DNA of 64,000 nt, from assembly GCF_009914755.1 (NCBI RefSeq), contig NC_060932.1; one strand, 5' to 3'. Positions 57,155-64,000 of the stretch are shown piece after piece. The notes beneath the pieces were generated by a model that saw nothing but the letters and a program-made list of their open reading frames with translations, was not told the origin of the DNA and did not search any database. Both the position numbers and the translations under genes were made by a program. This stretch comes from the human T2T-CHM13v2.0 reference genome, Homo sapiens. Every line of letters starts with the position of its first letter. The first letter of the stretch is position 1.

Positions 57155-58766
57155 TCTAGAATATTGTTGCAAGGTTGTTTCCACAACTGTAAGCATAAAT
57201 TAAATTGTTCTCTGATGTTGGCCAACGACTTCGTCTAGTTTGTAATGGATAGCTTTTTACTGTAAATAGGGGTGGAGAACAGAAAATAAAATGGTTTGTA
57301 TACAAGGATTGCAACTTTATAAAAGTCTATTTGAGGAAAATAATTGTATAAATCATTCTGAGGTTGGTATAATAATTATGGATGGTTTCTGTGTATTTCA
57401 TATTTTCATGAAATATGCACTATTTTCAGTGAAGTAATTCTAAGCTAAAAATTATCAATATGTTCTATGTTCCAATTCTCATTTAATAAGAAAACTGAGG
57501 CCGAGTGAGGTTTAGATGCCCCATCTCACTCAGCCATTTAATATAGAACTGTTTGTTGTCTAAAACAGTGTTTTCTAAACTGATGACTCTTGGAGGGATA
57601 TTTTCTACATGAGTCTTTACACTTTTTTCTTTTTTTATATGACTGCTAACAGCCAAATACTCTTTTCATTTTGATGATAACTTTAAGGGGAAAAAAATCA
57701 GTATGAAAAGTATGATGGTTCATTTAAAAGAGCATCTAGAATAAATAGGCCATTTGGTTTTACTGCTCGTATTTACTTAGTTGTTTGGGCATTTGGTTGA
57801 CACTAAGTATTCTTCAGTAGCAAATATGTATTAAACACTTCCAGTATGCCAAGCTTTGAGGGAGGCAAGCTGGATACAGTGGCGAGGACTTGCCCTGGCA
57901 TTCTTGGAATTTAGTATTCAGTGAGATAAATAAAGCTGTTTTGATGACAAAAGTTTAATATCAGGGATTCTGGATAAAAGTAGCTATAATTTGTTTTGTG
58001 TTAGGCATCATGCAAAGGGATTTAGGTACTGTTTTTTAGTCTCAGCAATTTATTTCAGAATTTTGCTTTGATTTTGCAGGAACAGTGTATATGCACACAA
58101 ATAAGTATTGGTGGAAGCCCTGACATACCTCCATGGAACGATAGTTTTCCTTGTAAAGTATTAACAATTTGGCTGTTACAGTACCAGTGGGCTTTCACGG
58201 CTTGGTGTTGGTATCCTACCACCATTTGTCACAATGTTTCTGTGGGAAAATTTGTGTTGTATTCCAAGAAGCCATCTTGTCCTTAAACTTTTGGGGTCTA
58301 ATGTTTGATAGTTTGGGGGTTAGCATATGACTTCTAAAGTGTTTGGAATGTTTAATTAAGGTCGGGGAGTATCCAAGTGTAATAAGCTTCTCTCTTATAT
58401 TCTTTTGTTTCTTTGAGTATTTAATAAGTCAAACTAGCATTTTAGATCCTTTACTTTTGTATTGGACGTTTTTCTATTGAGCATTTGTTTTGGGCTGTGG
58501 AGATGAAATATTGGTGAGGTGAGCATGGACTTGAATCTTAGATTAGGGCAGAGATGGGAGAGGATGTAGGTGGGTATTGTCCCACTTGCATAGTATTTTC
58601 TTAATGATATTTTAATGTAAAATTTCAGTTCTATGCTATATAGGTATTTTCTTAACCTAACCACTCTAGCCATCTTTTATTGTTGTCTTAGCAGTTAACA
58701 TAATAATATGTTGTTTTATTAATTGTGTATCTGTGTATCTTCATTTAATACACATTTATTGAGGAG

Positions 58767-59094
58767 TTTTTTTTTTTTTCCTTTGGAGACAAGGTCTAGC
58801 TCTGTCTCCCAGGCTAGAGTGCAGTGGTGCCGTCACAACTCACCACTGCCTCAAGTTCCCCAGGCTCAAGTGATTGTCCTACCTCAGCCTCTTGACTACA
58901 AGAATGCACCACCACACCCAGCTATTGTTTTTTTTTAATTTCCTTTATTTTGGGTATATATAATTCTATTTTTTTGTAGAGACAAGGTTTTACCGTGTTG
59001 CCTAGGCTGGTCTCGAACTCCTGGGCTCAATTAATCCACCCACCTTGGCCTCCCAAGGTGCTAGGATTATGGGTATGAGCCACCATGACTGGCC
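58767..59094 (-). mobile_element. AluJ within an L2 3' end
   Basis: Dimer; flanking CATTTATT repeat. Confidence 0.87.
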
Positions 59095-60054
59095 CATTTA
59101 TTATTTAGTAGGGGCCAGACATTGGGCTAGAGGCTGGAATTACAATGAAGCTTGATAATAAAGACTTTAACAGTGTAACGGGAGAGATAGAGAAAAAAAC
59201 ATGGTTAGAGTGCTCTGAAGACAAATAGCAACTAGTTCAAAACTGGAGAGATGACACCTGAGCGGACAGATGATTAGAAATGAAGGAGAAGAGTAGTGGG
59301 AGAAACATGTGGGAAGTCGTTGGTATCCAAATCTGTATGAGAATCACCTAGAATGCCCAACACAGTCCCCAGGTGATTCTGCCATGCAGCCAGATTGGGG
59401 ACAATTGGCAATGAATTAGAAATATGTGTGAATAGTGAACTTTTCTTCTGGAGAATCATCTTTTTTTCTCTACCTAAATTTTAATGAATGGAGGTAAGAG
59501 AGGGAGTGTGTATAAATAATCGATTTGAATGACCAGGACCAGTTTGATAATAGTTGGAGTGTACCCCTTTCTCTTCTGGAACCTATGCTATAAACAACTC
59601 TAACAGTTTCATTGTTTCTAACCATGAACTATTAAAATGAGCTGGAAGAAAAGTCTTGCCTATGGGGATTGGTGCCATTACTCAGCTGGGCCCAAGTTTC
59701 TCCTCTGTCTGCCTCAAATTCCTTACCTTAGTCACATACCTGGTAAAACAGGGAATTTTGTCTATTCTCATTGACCATTGTATTCCCAGTGCCCCAAAGA
59801 GTGTCTCCTACTTCACCGAGAAAATTGGAGACATTAGGTAACATTTCCTTAACTTTCTTTCCAGACATTTTCAAAGATAAGCATTCTTTTCTCTTCCAAA
59901 TCTCAGAGTAAGAGCGGTTTTGTCTATACCTGTGTTTAATCTCAGCCAGTTCTGCCTTCTCAGGGATCTTGTGTTAGTGATCATCATCAGTGAATGACTA
60001 CAGCTTCTGCTTGCCTGTAAATAATACTCTCTTTCATCATTAAAAACAGTCCTC

Positions 60055-60384
<330 letters not shown>

Positions 60385-60919
60385 TTACGCTTCTGTTTCT
60401 CTTGGGCAACAGACTGAGACTCCGTCTCAAAAAAAAAACAAAAAACCAAACCAAACCAATCCTCTAAACATCTTTTACGCTTATGTTTCTCTTTGATAGT
60501 CAAAATCATCTGAAAATAAGTTTCTGGTGGTTTTTTTTGCTTGGTAAGCCACAGGCTTCAGGTCCTACCTTTCCATGAAAATTGCTCTTGCTAAGGGCCT
60601 CGTAACTTTCACATTGTTCAGTAAACAATTTGCTCTTTTTACTGATCTTACCTTGGTGGAGTTGGTCACTGTTTCCTCCTCCTTGAAATTCTTCCTTGAA
60701 GTTTTCTTTTGGTTTTCCTCACCCCTTTTCATAGTTCCTGCCTGCTGTCCAGACTGTTAGTCCTGGGGTTACCTAGGTTCTGCCCCCTATGCAGTAGGCC
60801 TTTCCTGAGTGGGTACCTGTCACAGCATGGCTGGCTTTCAGTTTACTCTCAAGCTTTGCTCATAGGATGCCATGCACACCTTTGCCTCCAGAATATATCT
60901 CTTTGCTGTGCTGTGTCTC

Positions 60920-61570
60920 AGTCAGTAACTATTAATTGGGGGCCTTTCCCCAGCCAGACTCTGGCGTAGGTTCTAGGAATAGAATGGTAAATAAGATAGT
61001 CTCTGTCCTCAGGGATCTTACCTTGCAGAGTTGGGGGTATGGATAGAAGTGAGAGGACAAAATATATGAACGTCTGTAATTGAGAATTACTAGGACAGAT
61101 AAAATAGGGCAAGGTGCTAGAGTTGGCCTATGGTGATCAGGAATTCTTTCTGAAGAGATCATATATAAGTTGAGTTCTAAGACTGAGAAGGCAGCCAAAG
61201 GACTATTGATTGGATGGAGCAGTGAATGCAAAGGCTCCTTTGCAGCATTCAGGGTAATTAGGTTGAGGAATGTCAGGAATAGATAAAGAGGAGAAGGAAG
61301 AGGTGGGGCAACAGATCACATAGGCATTTATGAGTTTGGATTTATTGTAGTTAAAATGAGAGAACGTTGGAAACAGAGTTACCTTCATGTATCCTGCTTT
61401 AGAAGGATCACTGTGCTGGGTAGAGGATGGATCTAGGTTGGGAGTGAAGAGTGGGGCAGGAAGACCATTTAGCAAGCTGTGCTTAGTTTGGATGAGAAAT
61501 TATGGGCTTGGAGATAAGAGTTGTAGTGGTAGTGATGGTAAGAAGTAATTGGCCTAGGCAGAAATCTGGG
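60920..61570 (-). mobile_element. L2 fragment
   Basis: AGATAGTCTCTGTCCTCAGGGATCTTAC...TTTAGAAGGATCACTGTGCTG. Confidence 0.7.
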
Positions 61571-62247
61571 ACATATTAACATATCCCCTTCTTTTACCCC
61601 TGCATCTCAGTAGTCCACCACTTATAGATTCTGCTCCTCAATACCTCTGCTGCTTCTTCTCTTTCCCCTAATTTCAGGCCATTTTCTGCCTAGACTACTT
61701 TCAGGCTACCCTTACAACACTGTCAAAGGGGTTTTTCTAAAATACACATATATTCCTTCTCTGCTGAAAATGTAGTGGTTCTGTATGGCTTTCCTGGTAT
61801 TCTTCATGCTATAGCTTCTTTCTGCCTTAATAGTTTTGTCTCTTAGATTTCTCTCCCCATACCCTTCCTAACAGAACTACTTTTTAACCTGCTTATGTTA
61901 GTCATCTCACCTCTCTGGGCACAGAATGCCTTGAAAGCATGTCTTTCCTTTCCACTTCTTTCCTTTTGTATGTGCAGCTGCTGCATTGGAGTCCTCCACA
62001 ACTCATCTCAACTGTTACCATTTCTCAGAATTCTTTCCTGACAACTCTTTACCTCTTACCTCCAAATAATATTAAGGTGCTTTTGTTCTTCTGTAGTTAC
62101 TGTCTGCACACCCCTTTCTGTCAATGAACTTAAAATTGAGTCACGTGTCTGTTTCTGCTACTAAATTTTAAACTCACTGAGAGCAAAGAGCATATTTTAT
62201 ATGGCTTTTATATTTCTAGTGTTTAATATATTACCTGAAAATATGCC

Positions 62248-62250
<3 letters not shown>

Positions 62251-62288
<38 letters not shown>

Positions 62289-62446
62289 CACACATATATA
62301 TATACACATATATATACACACACATATATATACACACATATATACACACATATATATACACATATATACACACATATATATATACACTAGGCATATATAT
62401 ATACACTAGGCATATGTATATATATACTAGGCATATATATATACAA

Positions 62447-62488
<42 letters not shown>
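62251..62488. repeat. Compound (TG)/(TA)/(CA) microsatellite with CTAGGCATAT units
   Basis: Directly visible. Confidence 0.97.
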
Positions 62489-62489
<1 letters not shown>

Positions 62490-63337
62490 TGGAAAACTTC
62501 ATTCAAAAAATTGTTAAAATGCCTAATGCCTAGTTTCTTTGATTATTGATCACCTTTTTTTTTTTCACATGGTAAATTGATATACTAGAAAGATTAAATT
62601 AGAGGCTTATGTCAGTATTTTTCAGGGAGAGAATGGAGGCCACATCAGTGTTTATTGAGTGATTGAATTGTAGTCTTATGGTGCAGACAGGTCCAGGAGA
62701 AAGTAGGTGTAAGGTGGCCACTGTTTGGCCTTGGAAGGGGAACAGAAATATTTCAGTAGAGTGGTGAGGGCAGCAACCAAATTGCAAGGGTAGAAGAATC
62801 GGTGACAAGCTTAGACATCATTATTTTAGGAAGTGAGTTCATCAAAGGAATTTTTTTCTCCCTTTTTCTTGTTGCTCTTGTTTATTTTAAGTAGTACATG
62901 AGCCCCAAATCTGTTTGATGACCAAAAAAGGAGGGTTTAAATGAGGGAGGAGAAGGGAGGGAAGGCATTATCCTAGAAGATGACAGTGTGTAGGTATACC
63001 ACTTCAGAAAGTAGGAGGGTATATTTAATTTCAAGGACTCAATGCTAGACAAGATCGAGTGTAGTGTCTTTTTACAGAAATTTACATCAGAAATTATTTA
63101 AAATAAAAGCTGGGATTAGTATCTCAAAAGCACCTCAGTGTTTAGAATTAACAGATACAAATCAGATAAATATAGCAGGACTATCTGCATTTTTCTATAA
63201 ATGCATTATTTAACTTTCATTATTGAAAATTGTTTCTCGTATTTAATATTATTTAATATTTTTCTCATGCTTAATAATTTAGCATTTATATAGTACTCGA
63301 TAATTCATAAAGTGCTTATATAATCTTACCTTGAAGG

Positions 63338-63770
63338 TATCAAAAAACAAAATTATCACAAATTTAGTTACAGATCAAATTGGCTTTTATTCATGATCCA
63401 TGAATGGGGCAGTCTCCATTCTACAATATGGAATGAGAACTTCTGCTGGGTAGTGGCAGAACACTGGGTTTTGTGAGATGGGGACGAGGAAACAACAACA
63501 AAAAAAGCTGACTGGTTAATGTCAGGTTACTTTTTTGTAAGGATTAAAGCAGAGGGGAATTCCTTATTATGTTGACTCAGTCAGACTGTTACCTGTTTTT
63601 AGGGAAAGCTGGTCTGCTGGTCTGCTTTAACTGTCTGCTTCCTTGAACTTTTAGTTTGATTATGTGGCATTTAGCATGGGTGGCTTCATTTTGTCTTGGT
63701 CTGGTCTTTTGGGGCCTAGTGCAGGAGCTTAGTCCAAAAACAATGGCTTCCCATAAGTTTTTTTTTAACA
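63338..63770 (-). mobile_element. ERV1 (MER4-group, MER72-like) solo LTR
   Basis: Minus strand begins TGTTAAAAAAAAACTTATGGGAAGCCATTGTTTTTGGACTAAGCTCCTGCACTAGGCCCC; 4-bp TSD AAGG. Confidence 0.75.
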
Positions 63771-63795
63771 AAGGCTACTGAAAGAGGTTAAATTA

Positions 63796-64000
<205 letters not shown>

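Noticed and set aside
54990-58085. Isolated good 3' splice sites (e.g. CTGCAG|G at 55010, TTGCAG|G at 58079)
   Set aside because: No convincing paired donor or coding frame; expected by chance in T-rich introns
62197-62533. Tyr/Ile/His-rich ORFs
   Set aside because: Translation of the TA/CA microsatellite

Overview
Human (primate) genomic DNA, heavily made of interspersed repeats: about 35 Alu pieces, L1, L2, L3, MIR, MaLR/ERVL/ERV1/ERVK solo LTRs, hAT and Tigger MITEs, and a full-length HSMAR2 mariner. The only gene feature is a CpG-island promoter at about 42.6-43.5 kb. It has a non-coding first exon ending at a CGG|GTAAGG donor (43216/43217), followed by more than 20 kb of intron 1 on the + strand. 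From memory the exon matches the 5' UTR of WWP1 (HECT E3 ligase, 8q21.3); this is recall, not a database result. No protein-coding exon is supported, and the listed ORFs are repeat-derived or GC-rich artefacts. I found no evidence for a novel multi-gene system. The most notable items are: a tiny L1HS-Ta insertion without a clean TSD; an unexplained ancient ~250-bp duplication (1.8 kb vs 6.7-7.6 kb); a strong-Kozak uORF and a G4 motif in exon 1; a DUX4-motif THE1 LTR 3 kb upstream inside a four-level transposon nest; and several local rearrangement scars. Repeat subfamily names come from recalled consensus sequences, and boundaries are approximate unless a TSD is quoted.
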